Part shown: positions 9,852-19,638 of the stretch, one piece after another
Position numbering within the stretch: the first letter of the stretch is position 1
Layout of the letters: every line of letters begins with the position of its first letter
Source of the DNA: a bacterium
GTDB lineage: Bacteria; UBA10199; 2-02-FULL-44-16; JAAZCA01
Length of the DNA stretch: 64,000 nucleotides
Assembly: GCA_021810905.1 (NCBI GenBank)
Contig: JAJZQH010000011.1
Coordinates: 4,358-68,357 of the forward strand
Direction: 5' to 3'
The notes under the pieces: model-generated
Databases searched by the model: none
Told to the model about the DNA's origin: nothing
The model's input: the letters and a program-made list of their open reading frames with translations, nothing else
Program-made: the position numbers and the translations under genes

Positions 9852-9939
9852 CCTCCCCTTTGTAAGGGGAGGTTGGGAGAGGTAGACCATGGATGCACTC
9901 AAGATCTACCTCCCCTTTCCCCTCCTTACAAAGGAGGGG
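9852..9939. repeat. nested palindromic element: two inverted copies of a CCTCCCC...GGGGAGG hairpin flanking an imperfect central palindrome
   Basis: The first hairpin is cctcccctttgtaaggggagg (9852-9872). The second is cccctccttacaaaggagggg (9919-9939). Between them gaggtagacc...gatctacctc forms an imperfect palindrome. The element lies between the giant-protein stop at 9947 and the ompA-like start. Confidence 0.5.
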
Positions 9940-9946
9940 AAGTGCA

Positions 9947-12900
9947 TTAACGCATCGGCTCCGGAATCAGCGTGCATCCGCCGCCACCGCCGCCGCCATC
10001 AAAGCCCGTGGGATTCGTATCGTCCAGGGGATTGTTGGGATCGGTTTCGCCCGGATCGACGCGGCCGTTCAGATTTTTGTCCTCCTGAGGATCGGTCAGG
10101 CCTCCGCCGTCCGTATCTGCCTTGGTCATGTTGGTGACCGTTGCCGGATCGCTGTCAAAGACGAGATTGCCCGCTGCATCGTCGGTACTCTTGATCGGGC
10201 CCTCGCCGTCAGGATCGTCTGCCGCGGCAGCCACACCAACCTCAAGCCCGTCATTGAGTCCGTCATTATCGCTGTCCGGATCGAGGGCATTGATGAACCC
10301 GTCTCCATCGGAATCCGCGAGAGCGGCCGTTTCCCTGCCATCGATCACGCCGTCGTCGTCGCTGTCGACATCATATGGATCAGTGCCTGCTTCGATCTCT
10401 ATGTCGTCCGAAAGCCCGTCGCCGTCGCTGTCCATGGCGGACTGGCTGAACGGAATGCCGCCGCTTGACGCCTCGTACGCACCAAGCTCCAGGGCCTCCA
10501 CGAGCCGGGAGAGCTCCGCCCGCACGGGCGCGATCTTCTCCGCATCGAGCACGACCAGTTTGTCAAACGCGTCGAGCGCCTTTGAAATCTTCTCATCGAA
10601 TCCCGCGCTGACCGCTCCATCCCATCCACTCAGGATATCCTGGAGCATAGCCTTTGCACCATCGCTCGCTGCCGCATCTGTTCTCAACCCGTCGATCAGC
10701 GCGCGGCAGTTCGCCCACTGATCGCTCCAGGTGGATGAAATTTCCTGTTTGAAACTGCTGGTCGTCGTGTCGGTAAGGCCGCCCAGCCACGAAGTAGTGA
10801 GAGTCAGAGGTAACTCGATCGTTTCGTCGTCCAAAGGCAGGCGCAGGAAATAGACAAATTTTTCTTCCTCATTCCGTATGAGCTCTGCGCTCCACGACGC
10901 GTTCGCCTGCGAAAGGTCTGCGCCAGCGGTCCCCACTAACGCGGCACGCGCGGGCACGGCAACCGATGCCGAGGCGTTTGCAGGCCGGTCACGCGTTGCG
11001 ACTTTTACTGCGAACGAGATCACTTCCCCCGGCGAAGGAGTCTCTTCAGCAGGAAGCAATCGACCGAAGAGTTCATCCCACGTTTCGCCCCAGCTCTTTA
11101 CCTCGGACGAGCCAGCGGCCGCGGTCGCATAGGCCGAATCCCAGCCATTCATGGGAAGACCGACGAGCAGCGCCGAGCCCTTGCCGAATGTTTTTTTTGC
11201 GACAACCGTCGAATCATCAGCGCTAAATAGCGGCTCGACGTTTCCGTCAAAGGAGAACAGCGGAGACAGAGTCAGAGTCGGCAATTCACTCGCATCGCCG
11301 GCGGCTCTCACCAGGCGCGTGGCGCCACCCTGCGGAACCGCATTGACGCCGCCGAGATTGCTCCACAACTTGTCCCACGCGACCCCCGTAACGCTCACGG
11401 CGCTCTGCAGCAACATCAGGGAGTCGCCGTTGTAGATGCGCGCGGCAAGTTCGCGCATCAAACCGTCCACGAATTCAGTGCCGTCAAAATGATACCCGCT
11501 TCCGGCGCTCGCGAATGCGAAGACGTTGAAGGCGTCGCTCCGCATGGCGTTCAGGAATTCCTGCTGATCCGCGACTACCTTGAATGGCCAACCGCGTTCC
11601 GCGCAGAGCGATTGAATGGAGCGCACGTCATCGAGATCGGCCGGCACAATTTCGGGCCGTGAGGCGTCCGCCAGCGCGAGCATGAGGATGCGCGGCGCCT
11701 GCGAGAGGGTCATACTGCTATCGAGGACGAGAAGATCGAGCAGCTGTTTGTGTTCGGGCTCGGGGTGCCCCAGCAGATCCGTGCTTCGGTAGAATACGGA
11801 ATGCTCTCCAGCAGCGAGATTTCGAAGCGCGAACGGAATCGAATACGGTTGCCACGCGCCGGCGTCTATTCTGTATTCGGTCGACTTGAGGCCCACGATG
11901 TCGTCATGTGCGTTGAGGCGGATTTGCGTGGATGGAGTTGCGAGTTGTTCCTCGCCCGCAACCTCCTGACTCTTCTCGATCGTGGTGACCGGCGGGCTGT
12001 TGTCGACCGTGAGCGGATAAGCAAGCTCGCGGCGGTTCTCAAAATCGTCCACCGCGAAATAGCGGATGAGATGATTGCCCTCTTCATCAATATTGAACTG
12101 CGGGAGCGAAAGTTCCGCCGTACCGCCGGACGTGGCCGTCACGGGCGCACCGGAATCTAGGCGATATTCCAGATAGACGATGTCGTCGGCTCCGCTTGTC
12201 GCCTTGATTCGGATAGGCGTCGTGTGATCGACGAAGAGAGTTGCCGCGTTGCGATATTGCGGCAGTCCGACATCCAACGTGACATTCGGCGGACTGCCGT
12301 GCAGCACGAAGTTCACATCGCGCTTGTCTTCCGCGTTCGCAACGCGATCCACGGACCAGTATCTGCCGGTGTGTTCTCCGTCGCCGATGTCGCCGAGAGA
12401 AAATGAGTTCAACGCATGATACGTGATCGAAGGACTCGTAACCTGAAAGTTCGCATCCGCAACGCCTGCGCCCTGATCCGCCGCTGTCATCTTGAGGAAC
12501 GTCGCAGAGCCGGACCAGTGCGCCTTGCCGTCGATCGTGCGCTGCACGCCCTGGATATCGAGCTGGCTCGAGGGCGGATCGAGGTCCACGGATACCGCTT
12601 TCTGCCGCGCATCTTCCGTGTTGCCCACCGAATCGACGGCCCTGTGTGAGACGGAATGGGCGCCCGCGGCCGCTATGCCGAACGGAGCTGCAAAGCGCTG
12701 CCAGTCCGCGCCGTCGAGCTGATAATCTATGTGGTCCACGTCGCTCGCCATGTCCGAAGCCGAAAGCGCTATCTTCGTCACGCCGCTTATCCAGCTCACG
12801 CCGCCGGCATCGTCGTACGACGGACCGACGAAGCTGAGCCTGGATGCAGGAGGCCTGCGATCCAGGATGAGTTCACCACTCTGCGGGGCCGAGGAATTGC

Positions 12901-15900
12901 CCGCCGAGTCCGTTACCACGATTGTATAATGATACCGGCCGTCGAATGCCCTCGCGTCCGAGAGATTGGCGCCGTTCCATGCGAGCTGACGCTCGACCGG
13001 CGGAAGTGAGGCGACCTGCGATACGGAGGCTATGAGCGCCTGACCTGCAAACACGGAGAGCTGGGCCGCGACGTCCTGCATCGCGACGTTATCATCGACT
13101 CGATAACCGATCTTCGCCTCGCCGTTCTGTGCAAGCACCCCGGTCACGGCGACGGATGGCGCCGCGGTATCCACTATGACCATACCCTCAAACGGCGCGG
13201 CCGCTGCGCCACGCGCATCTGCGATCACGAGTCGCCATGCGTGTTCTCCATCGGTGACGAGCTGGCCGCCGGACTTGCCGTCCCACGAGATCGCCAACTC
13301 CCCCGCAGGCAATTCCTGCGATTGCACGAGCGCTCCATCGACGATGAGCTCCGCACGAACGCGCTCGCCGAAAGCTCCGCTGACCTTGACGCGCCATGCA
13401 GTCTCATCCTTGACGCCGTCGCCGTTCGGAGAGAACGAGGAAGGACTCGAGAGAAGCGCAACCGCGGGCGCTGCCGCGTCAAAGCGCAGATGCATATGCT
13501 GTGGCGATTCGGCGTTGCCGACCCTGTCGATCGCCCTAACCTCGAGTTCGGCGATTCCGGCGCCGGAATCATTCACCGCGAACGGACCGCCATAGGGCAT
13601 CCACGTACCGCCGTCCACGGAATATTCAATCCGGTCGAGCCCTGCGGGCATGAGGCCGCCGTCCTCAGCAGCGCAGCTGAACCGTGTATCTGCGGCGACA
13701 TATTCGTCGTCGCCCGATTTTTCATGGCTGCCGGAGATCGCGATGTTCGTCGTCGGAGGAGTTCGATCGAAGACCACGGGCTCGCTGTGCACGGATTCCG
13801 TGAGACCGTAATAATCGATGCCGAAGAATTCGATTTCGTAGACCCCTTCCTCAAAACCTTCGAGCGTAAACGGTGCGTTGAAGAGTTGATAATCCTTGTC
13901 GTTCACCCGATAGCGCATCTGGTAGACCGGCGCCGAGCCGTCGGCAGGCACGATGTTGAGAGGAGTTGCCGGGCCGATCCACTGCTGATGCCCGTCCGTA
14001 TAATGTGGATCGTCGATATCAAAGCGCGTGACGATTCCTGCGCCCTGGCCTGGCTGGTTCGGATCGATGATCGTAATAAACACCGTCTGCTCGGGCTCTT
14101 CATTGCCCTGGTCGTCCTTTGCAGAGCATGAGAAAGAATGTCGGCCTGGCGGCATCTGCGCGAGATCGATCAGCCCCTGGTATGGCTGATACTGTTCCTC
14201 ATCCCAGCGATAGCGGATCTCCGTGACGACGCTGCCGCGATCCGCCGCGTCTTCCGCTATGAGCATGATCTGGCTCGCGGGCGGAACGACCGCAAGCGAG
14301 CCGGGTTCCACGAGCTGCTCGTTCACCACGACTTGAGTCACGGGCGCCCGGCTGTCGACATAGACGCGCACAGACGCGCTCGCCTCTTTGCCGCTCTGCG
14401 TTCTGGCGTTCGCCTCGATCTGATACCAGCCTTGAGTTGCGCCTGGCGTCCACTCGACGTCGAACGGCGAGGTCGTTGATGACGATATCGCCTGCGCACT
14501 CCCGCCTTCTGGCGCCGCGGTGACGGAGAGGCTCTCGATCCCATCCGAAGGATCGACGCCGCCGAGCGAACCGGTGATATGCACGACGCCGCGCACCACG
14601 CTGTCCGCGGCCGGCGCGTCAATCGTCAGTCGCGGATAACCGTCATCTTCGCGCATGATCAGATAGCGCGAGAAGTGATTGAGCATGCCGGAGATACGGA
14701 AGATATCGTCCGACGATCCGGGCGTGCCGCGATCGTCCCACGTGTTGATCGTCGCAAGCTGCTCGAGCTCACCATCGTCTTTAAGATTGTAGATCGCCAT
14801 CACGGGAGGATCGTTCGCAGTGATGCCATAAACGCGATCCTTCACCTCCTGCGGATCATTTGCATAGAGCGCCTCTACTTCATCCCGCGTAAAATAGACT
14901 TCCAGCTGTGGCTGATACGTCGGATTCAACGCGATATCGTCCGGCTTGATCTCGACGATCGGCCCTATCGGATTGATGCCCGAAGGGAGATAGAGGCCCG
15001 GAGTGTCGGTCGGTATTGGAATCACGGTCACGAGTTCGTTGATGGAAGAATCGCATGGGAATGGACCGTTCGCTGGGCACAGGCTGTATTCGTCGAAATA
15101 GATTGAATAACGCCGCCAAGGTGAACTCACCACGGCAGGCGCATTGGCCTTAACGAGCGAACCGATGGAGACGTTCATCGTGTCCTCGCTCTTCAAAGCC
15201 CCGTTCGCGTCGGTCGCGCGCAGCATTACCGTATATTCGTGCCCGTTCAAGCGAGAGACGTCCCACCACGCGAGAGTATTGTTTTGCGCGCCCTGCCCTT
15301 CAGCTATCCTCTGCCAGGAATTCGTCTTCGGTTCAAAATAGCGAAGCTCCCACGCTTCGCCGCCCACCGCCCCCCTGATCTCGATGAAGCGCTTCGGAGC
15401 GGCATCCGGCTTGAGCTTCAATTTGAATGAGTCGTTCACGTTCTTATTGCTCTCGGAAACGCCGTCGCCGTCCACGTCGCTCGTTCCATTCGAATTGACG
15501 AGCATATCCGTGAGCATGAAGGAATCGTTCACGCTTCCATCGGGATAGCGAAGATCGATGGTCCACTCGTTCACGTGTGCAACGTCCGAGAACGTGTAGA
15601 GCGTGGGCGAATCTTTCACGGGTTGATTATACCTGGGATGCCCCGCATAGAGCGAAAATGGCCCGCTGATCGTCTTGAACGGCGCCTGAGTATCTTCCTC
15701 TATTCCCCGCGAGAGGCACCGCCGGGATTGATTGTCGACCGCGGTATTCAAACCTCCATTGATATACTTCGCTCCGTTGAAGATGCAGGCGGACGATGCC
15801 AGATATGGATCTGCATTCGTCGTAAAACCGTCGGGAATGAGATCAGCGTAGAGCTTCGGTGAAAGATATTGCCGCTCATCTATAGGACCATTCGCGTCGC

Positions 15901-18900
15901 CGAGCCAAGCGCGAACCGCGTTTCCCACGGCGATGGTTCCGTATGAAGCGGTTTGAGTCCAGGCGACACCGTTGATGCTCGGAGTGAACGTGAGACCGTA
16001 GGAAGAGACCACACTGGACACGATGTACGACTGGCCGCTCGACGTTGCGCCGTTGTATTCCGCCACCAGGACCGGATCTGTGACTGAATCGATAATCGAA
16101 TTGCCGCCGATGACATACGGTCCCCATGGCTGCGAAAGGAGCCTGCTAGCGTTCGCACGGATACGCACGCTGCCGCAGGTTACAGGTGCAACGACATTTC
16201 CATAGTTCCACTCGTACCACGAGCCGCAGATGGTGATCGGCCCGTTAGGGCAGAACGTGGGGAAGAGGGTGTTTTCAGGAGTGTGTTCATATCCGTACGA
16301 ATGACAGAGCGACAGATCCTGGCCGTGAGAACAATTGTTCACGAGAAAAGTCTGGTCAGCTGCCGAAATGCCGTTATGCCCGCTCGGCCTCCCCACCAGC
16401 CCTACGCCGATGCTCAAGCTGTCGGAGGCAGCGGCCGGCTGCTCGGCGATGTCGAAAGGGGCCGTCACTGACCTCTCACCCAGAGGCGTCCTCAAAAGCA
16501 TCGTGACATTGTCTGGGACATTGACGCTGGAAATCCTGTAAGAAGTCACCGTGTATCCGCTGTCGAAGAAGAGATTCGATACTGGGACGTAATCCGGCAT
16601 AAGACGGAAATCCTGCGTCCGGCACCCATATCCGTCGCCGAGATCTTCAATCGTATTGAGCGGTACATTCTCGGGCGTGACGACGGTTTCCAAAGGCATA
16701 TTCTGCTCGATCAATTCCGTGCCCCTGGCGCTGATTTCGTACGTGAAGGGAACGCGGATCGTTCCGCTTCCATACGCACGCCATTTGAAATCCGACGAAC
16801 CGTTGAGCGGAAAATCGTTCAGGGGATCGTCGTCGTCTCGAAGCGTTCCGGCGATTACATCAGGATCGGTGCTGCTCTCGTCGCCTTCGCCGACGAGCAT
16901 GGTGACGTCCGCATAGAGCCCGCCTCCCCCTATCGAGAGGGCGCGCACCGCAACGCTTTCGTTCTTTTCAACCACATCCGTGCATCCGGCATCTATGCAC
17001 TGGGCCTTGATCTTCACGGTATACGTCTTGCCGGACGGCACCACCACGCCCTGATCGCTGGCGCCGTTCCACGACACCGCGCCGATCTTGTCCACGTTCC
17101 CGTCGATCAGGGTGCGCACGAGCGCGCCGTCTTCGTCATAGACACCGACGTTCAATTTCGCGTAGCGGTTGAGGTTGTAGGACGCCGTGAGCGTTTCCGC
17201 CTGTACGTCATTTCCGTTGGCGTCGGTTATCATGTTGAACGGATCGAACACGTCCGACGAGAGCGCGAAACCCAGGATCGCAAGACCTGCGTTGTATTCG
17301 GTGGCGACGGTCATGTGAATGTCCGAGGTCGTCTTCGTGTCTCCGCCCGTCCCGTCCACCGCGGTGGCGGTCACGCGAGCGCGATAATCGCCCACGTCGA
17401 CGCGCTTGTTGACGTTGTCCTTGCCGTTCCACGCAAAGGAGTACGATCCCGGCGCGGTCGCTCCCATGGAGAACGACGCGGCCACGGGGCCTATCTGCCC
17501 GCCCGCCACCTTGTAAATCGTGACATTGACGTTCGAGGTCTCGTTGGCGAGTGCGTACGAAATGACCGACTCCGGAGACTGAGTAGAGATATTCGCCGGC
17601 GAGGCGTTCACGTTCGAGAGTTTCGGCCCGATGTTCTCCGGATCGTTCGGGTCCGTGGAAGGATCGTTCGGATCGTACGGCGTTCCCTGCGCCACGCTGC
17701 GCAGATCCACCACGAGCGAATCGAAATTCACGCGCCCCACGGCATTACCGTTTCCGTCGACGACCTTGAGCAGGATCGTATAGAGCCCGTTCGGGGTCCG
17801 CGCTGAATCGGTCGTATCCCATCGCGCGAGCAGACCGTGCTGCACCGGACGCACCGAGACGTTTGACGCGGGATAGACGGCGTCAGCCGGCTCGTTCGCG
17901 CTGTTGATGGGCGATTGATGCTGCAGCGGCACAGGTACGGTGAGCCACGGCGATCCTGCCTCGCCGGCGGCAAGCGCCGTTGCTTCATCCACCTTCCAGA
18001 TGCCGGGGCGATAGTAAACCTTGTACGCGAGGAAATCGAAGTTGTCGTTTCCCTCGCCGATATTCGGATCGGTTGCGATACCTTCGATCCCCGTCACTCC
18101 GTAGACGACGGGATAAGCGCCGTCGTCGCGATTCGGGTCGGTCGGGAGATCGATCTGGGCGCGCACGCCAAAGACGATGAGCGGCGTAGTCGCGCGGGAT
18201 GCCAGACCCAGGTCGTTCATCGCGGTGATGCGCAGGAAGTACAACCCCTTCGCCAGCGGCTCGTCGTCATTCCTCGTGACCGTGCCGTGGGTATTGACTC
18301 CATCAGCACGCACCGAATTTGCGCCAGCGGACTGATGCGCATTCTCGACAACGCGGAAGAGCTCGTTGCCCGCAGCGTCGAGAAGGTCCACCGTGACGAC
18401 GGCATCCGTGGAGAGGATATACGAGAGCATGGCATCATCATTATATCCGTCCGCGTTCGGGGTAATCACCTTCGGTTGGGCAACGACTTCGTCTATCTGC
18501 GTTATCGGCATCTCCATCTCTGCTAGGATGCGATCGTAGACGTGCACGTTCTCGCCGAGCGTGAGCTCTGCAAAGCGCTCGCGCGATGTCTTGTATACCG
18601 AAGACGAGTCCCAGCCGGAGATCGACGAAATCAAGCCTTCGTAGAGATCGAAGGCCACGACTCCCGCGTCGAGCGACGATTCGGCCTCATAGGGGAGATG
18701 CCAGTCCCAGCGCCGTACGGACGTTCCATCGCGATGCACCGAATATACAGTTCGATCCGCGAGCAACACGACGATCTCAGGTTCCATGTCCAGATCGATA
18801 TCAGCGATGAGCGGGCGCGCAGCCGGCACGGCGGGAAGCGGGAAACGCGCGACGACGTCGCCGTTGCGATCGAAGGCGAGGAGTTCGGGCGCTGACGTTC

Positions 18901-19627
18901 CGACCACGAGCTCGGGTTTCTCGTCGGCGTTCACGTCGATTGAGGCTGCACCGCCCTTGAAAGTCTGGGCGTTGAGAGATGCAAAGGCATGGTGCGATCC
19001 GTCCGCTTCCCACTCTACGATCTCGCCGCCGGCCTGATCCACGGCGTAGAGAGAGGACCTCCCGTCATTGTCCAGATCCGCCGCAGCGAGCCACGGCGCC
19101 GCGTTAAAATCCGCGTCATATGCGTCGAGCTTGGTGAATCCCGCGGCGTGACGAAAGACAAAGACCTTGCCGGACGTCGTTGTGAAGACCAGCTCAAGCC
19201 TGTTGTCTCCATTGATGTCGGAGATGATCGGCATAGCGGCGATGGAACCCACGCCCTGCGGGAATGCGAAACGCCACGTCGTGAGCTCCGTGCCGTCGCC
19301 GCGCAGCACGCGCATCTGTTCGGCGCCGCCCGCTGACGCGAGCACGAGGACGATCTCGAGCTTTGCGTCGCGATTCACGTCCACCAACCGCGTCATGGGC
19401 CGCGCCTTGAGGCCCTCATCAAGAAAATTTACGACCGGCCAGCCGGAGATGGCCTCGCCCTTTCGATCCCACGCATAGACCCGTCCGTCCCGCGAGACGC
19501 TAACGCGCTCGATGGCGTAAGAGTCATCGATATTGCCGGCGGAGATGCGGGCATGGGCATAGCCGGCGGCAGCGCACAGGGCCGCTATCAAAAAAGATAC
19601 GCCGGCGATTTTAGTTCTCACGTTCAT
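9947..19627 (-). CDS. giant secreted surface protein (about 3,226 aa): N-terminal FG-GAP beta-propeller repeats, many Ig/Fn3-like beta-sandwich repeats, C-terminal thrombospondin type-3 Ca-binding repeats
   Basis: The signal peptide is MNVRTKIAGVSFLIAALCAAAGYAHA, from the ATG at 19627. The ORF track starts at a GTG at 19642 that overlaps the upstream stop. FG-GAP-like units include DINGDNRLELVF, DLDNDGRSSLYAV, DVNADEKPELVV and DIDLDMEPEIVV. Several roughly 100-aa units share Y-x-x-DGG-x-W-x-Y...G-x-H-x-V-x-YRS-x-D-x-x-GN-E. The C-terminus DSDGDGLSDD...DSDDDGVIDG...DSDGDGFINALDPDSDNDGLNDG is TSP3-like. The protein ends GGGGGGGCTLIPEPMR. Confidence 0.8.
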   Translation of the reverse strand: MNVRTKIAGVSFLIAALCAAAGYAHARISAGNIDDSYAIERVSVSRDGRVYAWDRKGEAISGWPVVNFLDEGLKARPMTRLVDVNRDAKLEIVLVLASAGGAEQMRVLRGDGTELTTWRFAFPQGVGSIAAMPIISDINGDNRLELVFTTTSGKVFVFRHAAGFTKLDAYDADFNAAPWLAAADLDNDGRSSLYAVDQAGGEIVEWEADGSHHAFASLNAQTFKGGAASIDVNADEKPELVVGTSAPELLAFDRNGDVVARFPLPAVPAARPLIADIDLDMEPEIVVLLADRTVYSVHRDGTSVRRWDWHLPYEAESSLDAGVVAFDLYEGLISSISGWDSSSVYKTSRERFAELTLGENVHVYDRILAEMEMPITQIDEVVAQPKVITPNADGYNDDAMLSYILSTDAVVTVDLLDAAGNELFRVVENAHQSAGANSVRADGVNTHGTVTRNDDEPLAKGLYFLRITAMNDLGLASRATTPLIVFGVRAQIDLPTDPNRDDGAYPVVYGVTGIEGIATDPNIGEGNDNFDFLAYKVYYRPGIWKVDEATALAAGEAGSPWLTVPVPLQHQSPINSANEPADAVYPASNVSVRPVQHGLLARWDTTDSARTPNGLYTILLKVVDGNGNAVGRVNFDSLVVDLRSVAQGTPYDPNDPSTDPNDPENIGPKLSNVNASPANISTQSPESVISYALANETSNVNVTIYKVAGGQIGPVAASFSMGATAPGSYSFAWNGKDNVNKRVDVGDYRARVTATAVDGTGGDTKTTSDIHMTVATEYNAGLAILGFALSSDVFDPFNMITDANGNDVQAETLTASYNLNRYAKLNVGVYDEDGALVRTLIDGNVDKIGAVSWNGASDQGVVVPSGKTYTVKIKAQCIDAGCTDVVEKNESVAVRALSIGGGGLYADVTMLVGEGDESSTDPDVIAGTLRDDDDPLNDFPLNGSSDFKWRAYGSGTIRVPFTYEISARGTELIEQNMPLETVVTPENVPLNTIEDLGDGYGCRTQDFRLMPDYVPVSNLFFDSGYTVTSYRISSVNVPDNVTMLLRTPLGERSVTAPFDIAEQPAAASDSLSIGVGLVGRPSGHNGISAADQTFLVNNCSHGQDLSLCHSYGYEHTPENTLFPTFCPNGPITICGSWYEWNYGNVVAPVTCGSVRIRANASRLLSQPWGPYVIGGNSIIDSVTDPVLVAEYNGATSSGQSYIVSSVVSSYGLTFTPSINGVAWTQTASYGTIAVGNAVRAWLGDANGPIDERQYLSPKLYADLIPDGFTTNADPYLASSACIFNGAKYINGGLNTAVDNQSRRCLSRGIEEDTQAPFKTISGPFSLYAGHPRYNQPVKDSPTLYTFSDVAHVNEWTIDLRYPDGSVNDSFMLTDMLVNSNGTSDVDGDGVSESNKNVNDSFKLKLKPDAAPKRFIEIRGAVGGEAWELRYFEPKTNSWQRIAEGQGAQNNTLAWWDVSRLNGHEYTVMLRATDANGALKSEDTMNVSIGSLVKANAPAVVSSPWRRYSIYFDEYSLCPANGPFPCDSSINELVTVIPIPTDTPGLYLPSGINPIGPIVEIKPDDIALNPTYQPQLEVYFTRDEVEALYANDPQEVKDRVYGITANDPPVMAIYNLKDDGELEQLATINTWDDRGTPGSSDDIFRISGMLNHFSRYLIMREDDGYPRLTIDAPAADSVVRGVVHITGSLGGVDPSDGIESLSVTAAPEGGSAQAISSSTTSPFDVEWTPGATQGWYQIEANARTQSGKEASASVRVYVDSRAPVTQVVVNEQLVEPGSLAVVPPASQIMLIAEDAADRGSVVTEIRYRWDEEQYQPYQGLIDLAQMPPGRHSFSCSAKDDQGNEEPEQTVFITIIDPNQPGQGAGIVTRFDIDDPHYTDGHQQWIGPATPLNIVPADGSAPVYQMRYRVNDKDYQLFNAPFTLEGFEEGVYEIEFFGIDYYGLTESVHSEPVVFDRTPPTTNIAISGSHEKSGDDEYVAADTRFSCAAEDGGLMPAGLDRIEYSVDGGTWMPYGGPFAVNDSGAGIAELEVRAIDRVGNAESPQHMHLRFDAAAPAVALLSSPSSFSPNGDGVKDETAWRVKVSGAFGERVRAELIVDGALVQSQELPAGELAISWDGKSGGQLVTDGEHAWRLVIADARGAAAAPFEGMVIVDTAAPSVAVTGVLAQNGEAKIGYRVDDNVAMQDVAAQLSVFAGQALIASVSQVASLPPVERQLAWNGANLSDARAFDGRYHYTIVVTDSAGNSSAPQSGELILDRRPPASRLSFVGPSYDDAGGVSWISGVTKIALSASDMASDVDHIDYQLDGADWQRFAAPFGIAAAGAHSVSHRAVDSVGNTEDARQKAVSVDLDPPSSQLDIQGVQRTIDGKAHWSGSATFLKMTAADQGAGVADANFQVTSPSITYHALNSFSLGDIGDGEHTGRYWSVDRVANAEDKRDVNFVLHGSPPNVTLDVGLPQYRNAATLFVDHTTPIRIKATSGADDIVYLEYRLDSGAPVTATSGGTAELSLPQFNIDEEGNHLIRYFAVDDFENRRELAYPLTVDNSPPVTTIEKSQEVAGEEQLATPSTQIRLNAHDDIVGLKSTEYRIDAGAWQPYSIPFALRNLAAGEHSVFYRSTDLLGHPEPEHKQLLDLLVLDSSMTLSQAPRILMLALADASRPEIVPADLDDVRSIQSLCAERGWPFKVVADQQEFLNAMRSDAFNVFAFASAGSGYHFDGTEFVDGLMRELAARIYNGDSLMLLQSAVSVTGVAWDKLWSNLGGVNAVPQGGATRLVRAAGDASELPTLTLSPLFSFDGNVEPLFSADDSTVVAKKTFGKGSALLVGLPMNGWDSAYATAAAGSSEVKSWGETWDELFGRLLPAEETPSPGEVISFAVKVATRDRPANASASVAVPARAALVGTAGADLSQANASWSAELIRNEEEKFVYFLRLPLDDETIELPLTLTTSWLGGLTDTTTSSFKQEISSTWSDQWANCRALIDGLRTDAAASDGAKAMLQDILSGWDGAVSAGFDEKISKALDAFDKLVVLDAEKIAPVRAELSRLVEALELGAYEASSGGIPFSQSAMDSDGDGLSDDIEIEAGTDPYDVDSDDDGVIDGRETAALADSDGDGFINALDPDSDNDGLNDGLEVGVAAAADDPDGEGPIKSTDDAAGNLVFDSDPATVTNMTKADTDGGGLTDPQEDKNLNGRVDPGETDPNNPLDDTNPTGFDGGGGGGGCTLIPEPMR
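9950..10430 (-). other. thrombospondin type-3-like DxDxDG calcium-binding repeat region at the C-terminus of the giant protein
   Basis: Tandem D-x-D-x-D-G-x-x-D motifs are present. The antisense ORF 10122..10721 shows the mirrored SPS/LSL low complexity. Confidence 0.6.
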
Positions 19628-19638
19628 GAGTCGCTCGT

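Noticed and set aside
9947-10000. C-terminal GGGGGGGCTLIPEPMR of the giant protein as a MYXO-CTERM / PEP-CTERM signal
   Set aside because: There is a Gly-Cys motif but no transmembrane helix or Arg-rich tail follows, so it is insufficient for a sorting-signal call. I mention it only in connection with the internal anchor-like segment of the upstream peptidase.
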